From positions 8,225-72,224 of IMG/VR virus record IMGVR_UViG_3300047494_000058: a DNA stretch of 64,000 nt; one strand, 5' to 3'. This DNA is from a virus. The notes under the pieces are model-generated. The model did not search any database. It saw nothing but the letters and a program-made list of their open reading frames with translations, and was not told where the DNA came from. The translations under genes and the position numbers were made by a program. Shown here one piece after another: positions 40,555 through 51,811 of the stretch (the first letter of the stretch is position 1; each line of letters begins with the position of its first letter).

Positions 40555-41220
40555 CTACGACGTTTTGATGGCGGCTCGCGTGAACGGCCGTGTTTCTACG
40601 ATCTCGGACGGGACGTCCTTTCTGCCCTCCTCTGGTTTGAGCTTGTTCTGCGCACGGATGAAAGCGGCCAGCGTCTGCGCGTTTACGCTGTCCTGGATCA
40701 TGTCCTCCAGCAGGTTGTCAATCAGCCATTGCTTGAGGCCATCCTTATCCAGCACGGTGACCTGAATGTCGTCAGACAGATAGCAGGTGCCGACGTCGGC
40801 CACCGTGATCTTTTCGATGCCCTTCTCGTCGAACAGGTCCGGCAGGTGCGAGAACCGGATGCGGTCGAGGAGCGCCGACTGCGCCGACGTGATCGCCTTC
40901 AGCTGGTTGCCCAACTGCTTGATGCGCGCCATCGACTTGACCAACCCCTCGACGTTCCCCTCCTCGCGCAGCTTGTCGACATGCATCCCGGCGCTTACGA
41001 TGATCTCCCCGAGGCTCGCGAGCGGAGTGGCTATATCAGCCTTGGGTTTCGTCGCAGGCGGCGCCGCGGGCTTCCTCTTGGCTCCCGCCAGTGCCGACGC
41101 GGCCCGGTTTGGGGTCGCCGGCATGCCGATCTTCTCCTTGTACTGCTCGTACGCCGACTTCGGCCGGTCCTCGTGGGTCTTGATCGCGCCGACCCCTGAC
41201 GCCTTCTTCGCTGCCGCCAT
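40555..41220 (-). CDS. Conserved replication-region protein
   Basis: LPDLF.E.G, WLIDN..EDMIQDSVNAQTL.AF; start inferred. Confidence 0.6.
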   Translation of the reverse strand: MAAAKKASGVGAIKTHEDRPKSAYEQYKEKIGMPATPNRAASALAGAKRKPAAPPATKPKADIATPLASLGEIIVSAGMHVDKLREEGNVEGLVKSMARIKQLGNQLKAITSAQSALLDRIRFSHLPDLFDEKGIEKITVADVGTCYLSDDIQVTVLDKDGLKQWLIDNLLEDMIQDSVNAQTLAAFIRAQNKLKPEEGRKDVPSEIVETRPFTRAAIKTS

Positions 41221-41233
41221 GTTCGCTATTCCT

Positions 41234-41569
41234 CTATGCTGCTGCTGTTTGTGACAAATCAATCGAGTAAGGTATGTACCGGTAGTGCATGGCGTCCCAG
41301 GCCAGGAACTGGTGCCTGGCCCCATGTTCCATCAGGATCATGCTGACCACACACATCTTGAGCGGCTTGCCCGTCGGTATCAGGTAATCCACCATGGGCA
41401 CGTAGTTCTTCAGCTGCTTGCGCAGGCTGTGGACGACGTCCCGGTTCCAGTGGTCGTCGCCACCGGCACCTGTTGCAAAATTCTGGGCACGCAAGCTCAC
41501 GACGTCACCGAACGCTTCCGCTGGTGTATAGTCGAAGCTGTTCGTGTCCATTATGTAGACCGTAGCCAT
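41234..41569 (-). CDS. Conserved hypothetical protein
   Basis: DYTPAEAFG...DYLIPTG.P...LAWD; AGGAG SD. Confidence 0.6.
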   Translation of the reverse strand: MATVYIMDTNSFDYTPAEAFGDVVSLRAQNFATGAGGDDHWNRDVVHSLRKQLKNYVPMVDYLIPTGKPLKMCVVSMILMEHGARHQFLAWDAMHYRYIPYSIDLSQTAAA

Positions 41570-42401
41570 CGCGTTCGTTCTCCTATATGGTCGGCATTTT
41601 AGCACGCCTCCATCTGTCCGTCTATCTGTCAGGGTGTTCATTCGTCCTCCATGCGCACATGCGCGACAACCATCGACGCCATGCCATCCCACAAATCTTT
41701 CTCGTCGTTGTCAAGAGACGCCCAGGTATCCACCAGGCAGTTCTGGTCGCGGCTCGCCTGGACGTAAATCGAGTAAAGCTGCTCACCGGTCATGATCGTG
41801 CAGCCCCGGCGCCTTGTGCCAGTGTTTAAGTTCCGCGGCCGACGGCGGGCGCAGCCAGTACGGCGGCTCGCAGCGGCAGCCCAATAAATGTTGACAGCCC
41901 GGCGCCTGCCGCGGTGCGCGGGTGTAGGCGTTGGGCTCAGGTCGTGTGCTATTGGTGGTCATCGTACTACGCGCTCCAACAGTTGGTCATTGCACGAATT
42001 TGGGTTAACACACATCGATATACACGTCGTGATCCGCTTCATAATCTTCTTTTCCGACAGCGCGTGCCTGGTCCAGAAGTTCATTGTTCGATATCGGACG
42101 TGGAGCGGCAACTCGTTTTGAACCATTTCATGGTGGTTAAGCAAAATATCGACGATGGCAGAACGCATTATACCTTTAGGACTGTTTGGTCTGTGCCTTT
42201 TCATAGTTACTCGGTAATCTGCCTTGAGTCGTAGGATGTGCGGCCCTTTCGGATAATCCTTATGTGTCTTGCCACTGCGCTTCATTGCTTCGGCCAGGTT
42301 CACACCTCGGGGCCTGCCCACCTTTCGTTTCACAACGGGAACCACCGTCGTGGTTTTTACATACGTCGTCGACATTGTCATCACCTCTATTGTGCTATAC
42401 A

Positions 42402-42635
42402 CTATACGATCACTTCCCGGCCTTCCTGCATCTGCTGCTTTCTTTTGCAAGTCGCAACGATTACTGCCACTCTATCAGGCCCCAGGCCCACTTCCCGCGC
42501 TATGCTAGCATAAGTGCAACCTGCGGCGTGGTCTGCGATGATTTTAGCGTTTCGGGCCGTATATGCATCAGGGTCGGTTAGTGCTAGTGACCACTGTTTG
42601 ACCTTCCTGCGTCTCTTTCCATTAATTATAATCAT
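42402..42635 (-). CDS. Small HTH protein
   Basis: RNAKII...GCTYASIAREVGLG..RV. Confidence 0.5.
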   Translation of the reverse strand: MIIINGKRRRKVKQWSLALTDPDAYTARNAKIIADHAAGCTYASIAREVGLGPDRVAVIVATCKRKQQMQEGREVIV

Positions 42636-44260
42636 ACCATGATCTCCTTTCCTGCCTGCATCTGCTGCGCTACATATGTTGCAAGGTCGAGCTTAACCTC
42701 ATGCGCTGCCACCAGCGTCTCGTCCACTGTCTTGTTCGCCACGAAGTCAATATACGTGACCGGATGGCGGAGGCCGGCGCGGTGAGCGCGGTCCTCGGAC
42801 TGCGTGCGGATCACGTAGCTGTTGGAGTGCGAGTAGTAAATCACGGTCTCGGCCGCGGTCAGCGTCAGGCCCACGTGCGCCAGCTGCGTGGTCGACACGA
42901 AGTACCTGTAGACGCCATTCTGGAACCCGTGGATCAGCGCCTGCCGCTGGTCGGCGTCGAGGTCCGAGGTGAACACGGCAGCCTTGCCCTCGGGCAGCAC
43001 GTCGGTTATCAGCCTAAGTTCAGGCACCCACTCGCAAAAGATGATGACCGGCCCCTGCAGAACTTCAAGTTCGGTGATCAGCGCCTGCAGGCGCGTGTTG
43101 TCCTTCGCCGGGATGCGCGCCACCGGCACGCCGTCCTCATTCGGCAGGAACCCGCCCAGCAGCTGGCGCAGGCGCAGCATCTTCACCAATACGTTCTTGA
43201 GTTCGAACGGCTCCAGCGCGTTCTTCTTCAGCGCGGCGTACTGGTCACGGTGCGCCTTCGAGAGTTCGATGTAGCGCCGCGTGTAAATCTTCTCTGGTAG
43301 GTCCAAGCACTCCTTCTTGGTGATGGCGAAGGTGTACGGCTGGATGAACCCCATAAACTCTTCGACGTTGTCGTAGCCGATGATGTTCTTCTTCTTGAAC
43401 CCGCCCATGATGGCGTAGCGGTTGCGGAACGCGTAGAAGTCGCCGATGCCGATGATGTTGGGGTCCAGGAACTCGTACTGGGAGTACAGGTCGATCAGCG
43501 ACTTGGTAACCGGCGTACCGGTCAGGCACAGCCGGACCTTGGCCTGGCGCCCGATCTGCTGCAGGATCTGCGTCCGCACTGTGCTGTGCGTCTTGATGGA
43601 GTGCGACTCGTCGATGACCATCATGAACTTATGGTATGGAGCCCAGGCCATGAAGGCGGCGCCGGCCCTGCCCTGGGAGAATGACTCCACGCCCGCGATG
43701 ATGAAGCAGATCTCGCCGTCGCGGATGTTACTCACGCCCTTGAACTTGGAGTCGGCGCGGTGTACGACGAACGGCAGCGGGCAGTGGGTTCTGAGTTCGT
43801 CCTCCCAGGTGCGGCACACCGACATCGGGCAGACGATGACGACGTACTGTACGCGCTGGTGCAGGTAGTGCGCGCAGCCGACATCGATTGCCACCTTGGT
43901 CTTGGCCGTGCCCTGCTCCATCGACAGGAAGAACGCGTCGCGGGCGTACGCCAGCTGCATGGCCCGCTTCTGGTGTTCGTAGGGCTCGGGGCCGGCGTGC
44001 CTGTACCAGGCCGGCCAGGCGCGCAACTCCTGCGTGCCGCTGGTGGCCCGGTGCGCAGCCTCCAACGCCTCGGGCTGCCACTCCCATTTGTCGCTCTTCA
44101 ATGTATCGAGCATGACCTGGCAGTTCAGCCGCGTCGCCGGTACCTGCCAGACCCCGGCCTTCTTCATGAACCGGCGCATGGGCAGCCGCATCACCGGGCC
44201 GATGAACTGCGGCGGCGCGTTAATGAAGAACTGATTCTTGTCAGCGACGTAGCGGATCAT
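42632..44260 (-). CDS. SNF2-like SF2 helicase
   Basis: MEQGTAKT, IDESH.IK, LTGTP, DLYSQ..FL, GLTLTAA, QSEDRAHR.G. Confidence 0.9.
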   Translation of the reverse strand: MIRYVADKNQFFINAPPQFIGPVMRLPMRRFMKKAGVWQVPATRLNCQVMLDTLKSDKWEWQPEALEAAHRATSGTQELRAWPAWYRHAGPEPYEHQKRAMQLAYARDAFFLSMEQGTAKTKVAIDVGCAHYLHQRVQYVVIVCPMSVCRTWEDELRTHCPLPFVVHRADSKFKGVSNIRDGEICFIIAGVESFSQGRAGAAFMAWAPYHKFMMVIDESHSIKTHSTVRTQILQQIGRQAKVRLCLTGTPVTKSLIDLYSQYEFLDPNIIGIGDFYAFRNRYAIMGGFKKKNIIGYDNVEEFMGFIQPYTFAITKKECLDLPEKIYTRRYIELSKAHRDQYAALKKNALEPFELKNVLVKMLRLRQLLGGFLPNEDGVPVARIPAKDNTRLQALITELEVLQGPVIIFCEWVPELRLITDVLPEGKAAVFTSDLDADQRQALIHGFQNGVYRYFVSTTQLAHVGLTLTAAETVIYYSHSNSYVIRTQSEDRAHRAGLRHPVTYIDFVANKTVDETLVAAHEVKLDLATYVAQQMQAGKEIMV

Positions 44261-45356
44261 GGTCGTCGTATGAACGCCCGGTACAGCGGAATCCAGTCGC
44301 CCGCGTAGCCTTCCGGCTGGCGCGGCCCGTGGACATACTGCCGCGGGACCAGGCGCGCGTGCAGCCAGCCCATGATGTCGGGCTCGCAGATCGTTATGCG
44401 GTTCTTGGTATGGATCGTCATTTCCACCGGCACGACCATGTCCACGTAGATCTCGGTCGGCCCTTTGACGATCACATCTTTAACTTCGCATTCGTTCATC
44501 ACATCGCTCCCGTCGTGGCGTAGAGCGGCCGGCGGCGCCGGGCCTGGTTCCGGGCATCGCGCTCGATCCGACGCAGCCGACGGGCAACCTCGCGGGCGCC
44601 GCAGCCCGGCATCGGTAACGGGTGCCTGGAATAGGACTCGGTGCGCCACCGATAGCCGGATATCGCCCGCGCCCGCGCCATGGTCAGGTACCCGATCTGG
44701 CCGGCGCGTTCGATCAGGATCGACGCCTTCCAGCGCGGGCCGGGCGGCGGCTTAGCGCCCTTGCGTGCCGCGGCCTTCTTGCGCTGTCGGCGGGTCACGC
44801 TGTGCGGCTTCTTGCGGTAGTTCTGGTTCATATTATTCACAGGTCCTCGTACCTGTCAAGCAGGTCACGCAACTCCTGCATGAAAACACGGCGGGCGCTG
44901 TCGCTCTTGCTCAGTATGAGCGGCTTGCGTTCAGCGCTGTACCTCTCCATCGCCTGTGCCACGGCCTGGGCGTCGAGTAGCAGGGCACGGTCGGCCTCGT
45001 CGATGGGCTTCGAGTGCCCCTGCGTGGCCTGGTCCTCGAACAACGCGCACCAGGCCCGGACCGCCTGCGCCGAAATCTTCTCGCCGCCACGCAGCACGAA
45101 CACGGGCTCGGACTGTTCGGCCCGGCGCCAGCGGCTATGCCCCTGTGTCGTTTCTTCCAGCTTGTTCATCAAAACGCCACCCCTACAGTTAGTTGTACCC
45201 CTAATCCGTCCTCGTCCTTGGACACCACCGCGCTGACGAGTAACTGCGTCTCGCAGTGGTCGCAGTCGGTCTCGAAGCTGACGCCCTCGGGCACGTCGCC
45301 GTCGTCCGTGATGCCGCACGGCCTGTCGCACACCGGGCACATAAGATCGTAGCCCA

Positions 45357-46883
45357 TCAATAATCCGGCCGGAACGTCGCGGCCACCTCTTCCTCGGGCG
45401 GTGAGTACGGCATCATCCAGACGTTGGTGTAGGTCTTGCCCAGCAGCGCCCTGACCGAGATCGCGGACAGCAGGTGCAGCTGCGTCGTGATCTCGCTCGA
45501 CGTCATGCGGATGTTGTACTGAGCGCGCAGCCGCTGCTCCAGGTGCAGCAGACGGAACATGACCATACGCTTGTCCTCGTAGGTCACGGTCGCCGGCCCG
45601 GTGTCGCGGACGTACAGCTTGCGCAGGTTCTCGTCCTGCTCCTGCTTCTGCGTCTGGGCGTCGCGCAAGATGTGCGACAGCGCCGACAGGAACTGCTCGT
45701 TGAGCGCGATGCCCTCGGTGTCGCCGATTATCGACAGTTTGTCGGTAAGGAGCGACTGCACGAAGATCATCCAGTCGTCGGCCTTGTACACCGGAAGCAG
45801 CTGGCGCGTGAGGTCCAGGACGCGCTCGCGGAACTCCAGCGAGCTTATCAACGTGCGGGTCTTCATCGCGATCTCCTGCCCGTAGATCGTCACCACCCAG
45901 GTGGGCGGGTCGGTCGCGATCTTGAGCAGCTTCTCGACCGGCGGCATGTTCTGGTAGTCGGTGCCCATGCGGACGCCGAACTTGAGGAGCTTACACGCCT
46001 CCTTGTTGCACAGGGACAGGCACGGCTCGTCCTTGCACTTGTAGGCGTAATCGGTGCGGTTCACGGAGCCGCGGATCTTGCGGATCTCCGCGTCGTCGAG
46101 CGGCTTCGCGAACGCGGCCTGGTTGAACAGCTCCATGCGCGACTTCCAGTCGTCGGGATAGATCCGCTTGAGCCAGATGGACGCCTGGAACAGCGACAGG
46201 TTACGGTGCCCCTCGCCGCGATGCTCGTCATGGATCTTGACGATGCACGGCGGCGCCTGGCTGAGGTCGTAGAGTGTGGTGCCGGCGGCCGGGCCCTGGT
46301 CGACTGCCGCGGCCCGCTTTTCGGCCTCCGTGAGAAAATGTTCGAGGCTGGTGGGCATCCCGCCTATAATAGCGTAGCGCTCGGTCACGCCGGCCGCGTT
46401 GAAGTACGGCAGGTTGATCCAGGACCCCAGGCCGCCGGCCACGATCCGGTCCTGCTTGGGGAACACCTCGGCGGTCGGGTACCCCATCGTGGTCGCCCAG
46501 CCCTTGAGGACCTGCCGCGCGAACTCGACGCCCAGCGGCCGGGGAAAGAACGCGTAGCAGTGAGCGCCTCCGCTCTTGGAGCGGCAGACTATGAGCCCGA
46601 CGTTGAGTTTGTCGGCCTTGGGCGCCACCTTGGCGGGGTCAGCGTCGTAGGCGTTGGGCCCGTGCACGTCGATGTCGATCACGCCCCAGGTGCACAGGCC
46701 GTCGTCGCGGATCGGCACGACCCCGGTCCCGAACTTCCCGTTCAGGTGACTCTTGAAATACCTGAACTCCGGGGCGTCGCGGACCGTGGACGTGCGACCA
46801 TCCTTCGGGTCCCAGCGTCCGCGCGACGCGGTCGAGCACTCGAACACAGCCTGGAACCTGCGGACCTGGCTATCGTCGACCAC
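45357..46883 (-). CDS. Archaeo-eukaryotic-type primase (primase-polymerase)
   Basis: WGVIDID, RSKSGGAH, EVFPKQ, INLPYF; Cys-rich C-terminal part. Confidence 0.8.
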   Translation of the reverse strand: MVDDSQVRRFQAVFECSTASRGRWDPKDGRTSTVRDAPEFRYFKSHLNGKFGTGVVPIRDDGLCTWGVIDIDVHGPNAYDADPAKVAPKADKLNVGLIVCRSKSGGAHCYAFFPRPLGVEFARQVLKGWATTMGYPTAEVFPKQDRIVAGGLGSWINLPYFNAAGVTERYAIIGGMPTSLEHFLTEAEKRAAAVDQGPAAGTTLYDLSQAPPCIVKIHDEHRGEGHRNLSLFQASIWLKRIYPDDWKSRMELFNQAAFAKPLDDAEIRKIRGSVNRTDYAYKCKDEPCLSLCNKEACKLLKFGVRMGTDYQNMPPVEKLLKIATDPPTWVVTIYGQEIAMKTRTLISSLEFRERVLDLTRQLLPVYKADDWMIFVQSLLTDKLSIIGDTEGIALNEQFLSALSHILRDAQTQKQEQDENLRKLYVRDTGPATVTYEDKRMVMFRLLHLEQRLRAQYNIRMTSSEITTQLHLLSAISVRALLGKTYTNVWMMPYSPPEEEVAATFRPDY

Positions 46884-47485
46884 GGGTCACCGGCTCCAGC
46901 TGCACCGAGTCCATGATGTCGAGGGCTGCGATGGCCGCCAGCAGCGCCTGCTGCGTCCGGTCGTCTCCGGAGCCCCCGGGAGCCACGAGAGGCTGGAGTT
47001 GGTCCTTACATAGCGATAGTGCCTTCTTGACGGCACGGAACTGGTCACGGTGCAGCGTCTCGACCATCCGGGCGCTCACGTATCCAGGTCCTCGCCCGGG
47101 ACCGGGGCGCCGGACCAGGCTCGGACCTGCTTGAGCAGGTTGATAATGCGTGACTGCTTGGCGAACACCTCGTCGCGCAGCTGCTCGATCAGGTGGGTGT
47201 TGGCGAACAACGTCTGATTAGCCAGGGCGAGGTCGAGCCTGAGCGTCGCCAGCTGGACGAGCAGTTCGTGGTTCTCGCTCCGCGCCAGATGGGCGGAGAT
47301 CAGGATGGCATCGATTACCCAGTCATGCGGCTCGAACGATTCGGCATCCGCGACATACGACTCTGGGCGGGCTCGCGCCGCTTGCACAGCAATGTCTCGG
47401 GCTTGGGATCTGGTCATTGTTACTCCGTTATACTCTATGAGAAAGGAGGGCGACATCATACCACACGCGGCCGACGGTCGCCAGT

Positions 47486-48449
47486 CTATCTAGATACCTT
47501 GACTGGACGCCTCGCCCGTGCTTGTGGCTTGACTACGGCGCCGGATGCGTAGAGTCCAGGGAACTCGACCAGCCGCGCCAGGACGATGCAGGATTTCAGC
47601 GAGTCGCAGAACACGGTCACCTGCTGCAGGTGTTGCACTTTGACCGCATAGGCGTAGACCGCGGCCATCAGCCGGATGGCGTACTCGCACTTGTCGGCGC
47701 GGCCGGCGCGGGCCGCCAGCCTGTTGACACGGATGGGGTTGGGCGGGCCCTCGTTCTCGTGCAGGATCAACAGCGACGGGACGCCGACCGCCTCGATCTC
47801 GCCCAGTGCGTCGGCGGCGGCCAGGACCGCGGCGGCCTGGTCGGTCGTGCACAGGCCACGGCCCAGCGAGTCGAACCAGCCCTGCATCTCGGCCTGCAAC
47901 TGCTCGAAGATGGCGAAAGCCTGCTGGACCGCAGGCTGCACCCCGTAGGAATCATAAGTGCCCGTCAGCAACCGGTAGCGCCGTGCTGCCATTATACTTC
48001 TCCCCCAGGCCGGCCTCAATCAGTCAGGGACACGGGGCCCCGGACGACCAAGCTCGCCAGTAAGTTCATGTACGCCACTCGGGCGGCCACCAGTTCCTCG
48101 CGGTTCTGCTCGAAGCGGAAGATGTCCGCATACATGGCATCTTCCGCCTTTTCCACGCGCAACCGGGCGGCTTCGAGCGTGGGGTCGGGGTAGTGGGAGC
48201 GGATTACCCGGCCGTTGGCACGGAAACCCAGCTGATTGGGCGCCGTTGCCGTGGCTCCGTCCATCAGCCGGCGGCCTCGATGGTAATGACGTCACCCGCG
48301 GCCAGGGCCCACTGCTCGGTCTCGATAGTGCGCACGACGACCTGGCGCACCAGGTCGGGGTCCTCGGGGTTCCTTAAGGGGATGTCGGCCCGGTCGAGTT
48401 CGCCGCCGTGGTCGCCCCTCAAGACTAGTTGCAATTTGTGCATCGCCAT
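47486..48449 (-). other. Three small hypothetical genes
   Basis: ORFs ending 47486, 48016-48264, 48264-48449. Confidence 0.5.
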
Positions 48450-48479
48450 TTCAGTATACCTCTATGTTATCAACAGTCG

Positions 48480-48504
48480 GTGGTCGGGCACCACGCCCGA
48501 CCAC
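48480..48504. terminator. GC-rich hairpin, possible terminator
   Basis: GTGGTCGGGC-accac-GCCCGACCAC perfect 10-bp stem just after the stop of 48515-49144; weak U-tract. Confidence 0.45.
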
Positions 48505-48514
48505 TACGGAGCCA

Positions 48515-49144
48515 TTAACTGGCCCGTGCGGCAGCCCGCTCTTCCTTCGCCTTGGCCTTCGCCCGCTCCAGGCCGCGCACGCGGTTGCCCAGGTTCATGC
48601 GCTGCATGCCGGCGTTCAGGTGCTTGTACTGCTCCTTGAGCGTGCGCTCGGACACGTCCATCTTCTTGGCCACGAACTCGTACACCTCGGCCAGCGTCAT
48701 GCCGCGCATCTTGGTCGACACGTCGTCGCCGTTGTCGTAGGCCACGTTGCCCGCGGCGGTCTTGTGCTGGACGTAACTGTCGAACCGCTTGAACTGCGTG
48801 CCCTCGCCCGAGGTCACCTTGCGGACGCCACGCGGCAGCGCGGCCTTGGCGGTGCGCGGGACGCGGACCTTGGTGGAGCGCTTGCGGGCGCTGGGGGATG
48901 CTGATGCCATGGTGTTGCTCTCCGTTTGCTTGTTGATTTCTTCAATCGACTCGGCAGTCATTTTGCCGGCCTCGGCCTGGGGCGGTACGATCGACACCTC
49001 GGTCGCGCGGACCTTGCGGGCCCGGCCGGTGTTGTCGATGATGTCCGTCCAGCCGCGGCTCAGCTTGCGTACGTCACAGGGCAGGCCCTTGTACATTGCA
49101 TGCTCGGCGCCGACGGTTACCGGGGTCTTGGTCTTGATGGTCAT
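48515..49144 (-). CDS. Basic, possibly DNA-binding phage protein
   Basis: DNGDDVS..MRG, Y.HLNAGMQRMNLGNR. Confidence 0.6.
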   Translation of the reverse strand: MTIKTKTPVTVGAEHAMYKGLPCDVRKLSRGWTDIIDNTGRARKVRATEVSIVPPQAEAGKMTAESIEEINKQTESNTMASASPSARKRSTKVRVPRTAKAALPRGVRKVTSGEGTQFKRFDSYVQHKTAAGNVAYDNGDDVSTKMRGMTLAEVYEFVAKKMDVSERTLKEQYKHLNAGMQRMNLGNRVRGLERAKAKAKEERAAARAS

Positions 49145-49269
49145 GTTAACTATCCTCTATGTGTTGATGTGTAAAGCTATCGCAGACGAATTAGAACACG
49201 GGAGAAGCTACTGGCACAAGTATTGATGACAAGGTAGGCGCCGCGTGTCAGACGGCACCTACATGAACC

Positions 49270-49809
49270 TCACTTGACCTTGCGGGTCGGCCACTGGTTG
49301 AACACGGTGCCCAGGGGCGACACATTGACGATGCGCTGGGTGAGCCAGCGCTCGGTGGTGCCGTCGGCCAGGGTCACCTGCATCACGCTGCGGGCCCAGA
49401 CGCGGTCGCCGACCAGCGTGGCCGCGGTGACTTCGCCGATCTTGCCCACCAGCTTGGCTACATACGCGGTGTACTGGGCCGAGGCGCCTTCCTCGGCGTC
49501 GCGGATGAAGCGGGCGCAGCCTTCGGCGTCCATCTTCACGATTACCGGCTTGGTGCGGTCGGCGAAGCTATAGGTGCGCTTCTCGACTTCGCGGGTCAGG
49601 TGCGCGACCAAGGTCAGCTTGGCCTTCGCCTTCATGTACTCCGGGCGGCTCATATTGCCGTGCGGGTGCGGCGCCAGGACCTTGACGTCGCCGCCGGCCG
49701 CCTCCAGTTGCTTGGTGATCGACTCGATGACGCGGATCGCGTAAGCGCGGGCGTCCTCGATGGCTTCCTGGCGGAGGGGCTCGACGGCGGCGACGATGGG
49801 GTTGTTCAT
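49270..49809 (-). CDS. Early hypothetical protein
   Basis: Own promoter and ATAGAGGATAG leader. Confidence 0.7.
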   Translation of the reverse strand: MNNPIVAAVEPLRQEAIEDARAYAIRVIESITKQLEAAGGDVKVLAPHPHGNMSRPEYMKAKAKLTLVAHLTREVEKRTYSFADRTKPVIVKMDAEGCARFIRDAEEGASAQYTAYVAKLVGKIGEVTAATLVGDRVWARSVMQVTLADGTTERWLTQRIVNVSPLGTVFNQWPTRKVK

Positions 49810-49881
49810 GCTTGCTATCCTCTATATGTTGATCAATCCCGAGCTTGCATTAGAACATGCGCCCGGGATTGCTGTCAATTA

Positions 49882-50124
49882 TTACACAATCCGCAGGTAG
49901 GTGCCGGCGGGGACCTTGTCGGCCACGCACAGGTTGGCGTAGGCCACGGCATCGGAGCGCTTGCCGACGCCGTAGGTCTTGACCTCGATCATCTGGTTGC
50001 CGGCCTCGGGCGCGTCGACGTCGAACGACACATGGGTCAAGCGCCAGCCTGCGTAACCACCCGCGAGGGCCTCGATCATCACCGCAACGCCGAGGTCGAA
50101 GTTGTTAAAGGTCTGGGTCTGCAT
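49882..50124 (-). CDS. Early hypothetical protein
   Basis: Start set by the ATAGAGGATAG leader. Confidence 0.65.
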   Translation of the reverse strand: MQTQTFNNFDLGVAVMIEALAGGYAGWRLTHVSFDVDAPEAGNQMIEVKTYGVGKRSDAVAYANLCVADKVPAGTYLRIV

Positions 50125-50369
50125 GGCGCTATCCTCTATAAGGCGGTCGAAATTGACCGTGGAGACATTAAAACACGGCTTGAACAGATTGCACAATTAT
50201 TTCTGCTTCGCAAAGTCCGCGCATCGCTGGCAGCACGGCACGTCGCCCAGAACCGGGTGCGCCACCGTAGTCACGGCCGGCCGTACGCACTTAAGGAACC
50301 AGCGGCAGACCGGCGGCCGGCGCGCGGCCTCGGCCAGTCGTGCCTGGGCGCGCTGCAGCTGTGCCGGCG

Positions 50370-50660
50370 TCACTTGGACACCTCGATGCTGGCGCGGTCG
50401 GCCCACAGGCGGGTCGCGGTGTCAATCATCGCGCGGACCGGGGCGGACTTGTAGCCGGCCAGGGCCTCGGTCAGGCTGCGGTAATTCTTGCCCATGCCGC
50501 GCCAGGCGCGGTGGGAGGCGTTGCTGGTCACGACCACCTGGACGGTGTCGGCGGCGACCGAGATCGCCATGGTCTGCTTGCCGCAGCGCAGTTCGGCGAA
50601 CACGTACTCGCCCAGGTTGGAGTAGATCTTGCGGCTGGCTTCGATGATTTCGACGTTCAT
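50370..50660 (-). CDS. Early hypothetical protein
   Basis: Own promoter and leader. Confidence 0.65.
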   Translation of the reverse strand: MNVEIIEASRKIYSNLGEYVFAELRCGKQTMAISVAADTVQVVVTSNASHRAWRGMGKNYRSLTEALAGYKSAPVRAMIDTATRLWADRASIEVSK

Positions 50661-50731
50661 TGCTCTATCCTCTATGTGTTGATCAATCCCGAGCTTGTAT
50701 TACAACATGCCCGGGATCGGTTGTCAATCCC

Positions 50732-50959
50732 CTAGCCGCACAGCTTCTGTTCGGCCCGCACCCGGGCCATAGCCGCGTCGAGCCCGGGGCTGGTGAACTC
50801 GATCCTGTACCGGATACCGGCGCAGCCGCTTCGATTCGGACGCTGCTCCTCGATCGTCGCGAATCGGTCGCCGGCCGGTACGACCACCAACCACACGCCG
50901 GACTTCACGTTACGATCGTAGGTCGAGCGCTTAACGACCTTATAATATTTGCTTGGCAT
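50732..50959 (-). CDS. Early hypothetical protein
   Basis: Own promoter and leader; start inferred. Confidence 0.6.
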   Translation of the reverse strand: MPSKYYKVVKRSTYDRNVKSGVWLVVVPAGDRFATIEEQRPNRSGCAGIRYRIEFTSPGLDAAMARVRAEQKLCG

Positions 50960-51031
50960 TATCATATCCTCTATATGTTTGACTTGACCGAGGCTCCATT
51001 GGAACATGCCCCGGTCAAGTTGTCAATCCCC

Positions 51032-51742
51032 CTAGCTCAGCTGCCGGTCGAGGCTGATGCCGGAACCGTAGACCGCGCCGGCCCGGCGGGCGTTCTCGTC
51101 GCGCAGCACCACCTTCGAGGTCTTGGTCCGGAGTTTCACGCCCGTGGTCGCCAGGAACTTATCATTCTCGACGGCCTCGCTCTTATAGATCACGGCCAGC
51201 GACATGCCGGTGGACGCGGCCGGCTTCGGCGCCTCGGCCTCGGCGCGCAGCGCCTGGCAGCGGGCGTATACCTTGTACATCGCGCCCATCGCGAAGCTGG
51301 TGTACTGCGTCTGCAGGTGGGGGTAGGTCGCGCGCTGGTAGGCGCGGGCCTCGTTGTGGATCGAGGCCACCAGGTACTTGGCCATCTCGCGGGCGGTCAC
51401 CGCGTTGGAGGTGCGGCCGATGAAGTTGTGGTGGGCCTGGCCCGAACCCCGGACCTTGGTGTAGTAGTACGAGCAGAAGAACAGTTCGGCCGCGGCCATC
51501 GCGACCTGCCGCGCCCACGGGTAGCCGAGGAAGGTGTCCATCTGCTGCTCGCGGGCCTCACCCGGTGCCGGCTTCTTGGTGGTCGCGGTCACGCTGGCGA
51601 TGTCGATGTTGTACTTGGCCATCGTAGCGTACGCCATCCGCAGCGCGTTGTCGCGCTCGCCCTCAGTGGTGCCCTTGTCTGCGGCCAGGGCCAGCATCTT
51701 AGCGATGCGGGAAGTGACGCGGTCGGTGTTCTGATTTTCCAT
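51032..51742 (-). CDS. DUF2786-like protein
   Basis: RIAKMLALA...EGERDNALRMA..MAKYNID. Confidence 0.75.
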   Translation of the reverse strand: MENQNTDRVTSRIAKMLALAADKGTTEGERDNALRMAYATMAKYNIDIASVTATTKKPAPGEAREQQMDTFLGYPWARQVAMAAAELFFCSYYYTKVRGSGQAHHNFIGRTSNAVTAREMAKYLVASIHNEARAYQRATYPHLQTQYTSFAMGAMYKVYARCQALRAEAEAPKPAASTGMSLAVIYKSEAVENDKFLATTGVKLRTKTSKVVLRDENARRAGAVYGSGISLDRQLS

Positions 51743-51811
51743 TGCTACTATCCTCTATGATTGGTGAAATCGACGGTAAACATTACAACACGGGTGGCCG
51801 TGGGCTGTCAA

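Noticed and set aside
27505-46916. Long + strand ORFs (27505-28761, 34458-35666, 38860-40515, 45474-46916)
   Set aside because: Antisense shadows of well-supported - strand genes, expected in high-GC DNA.
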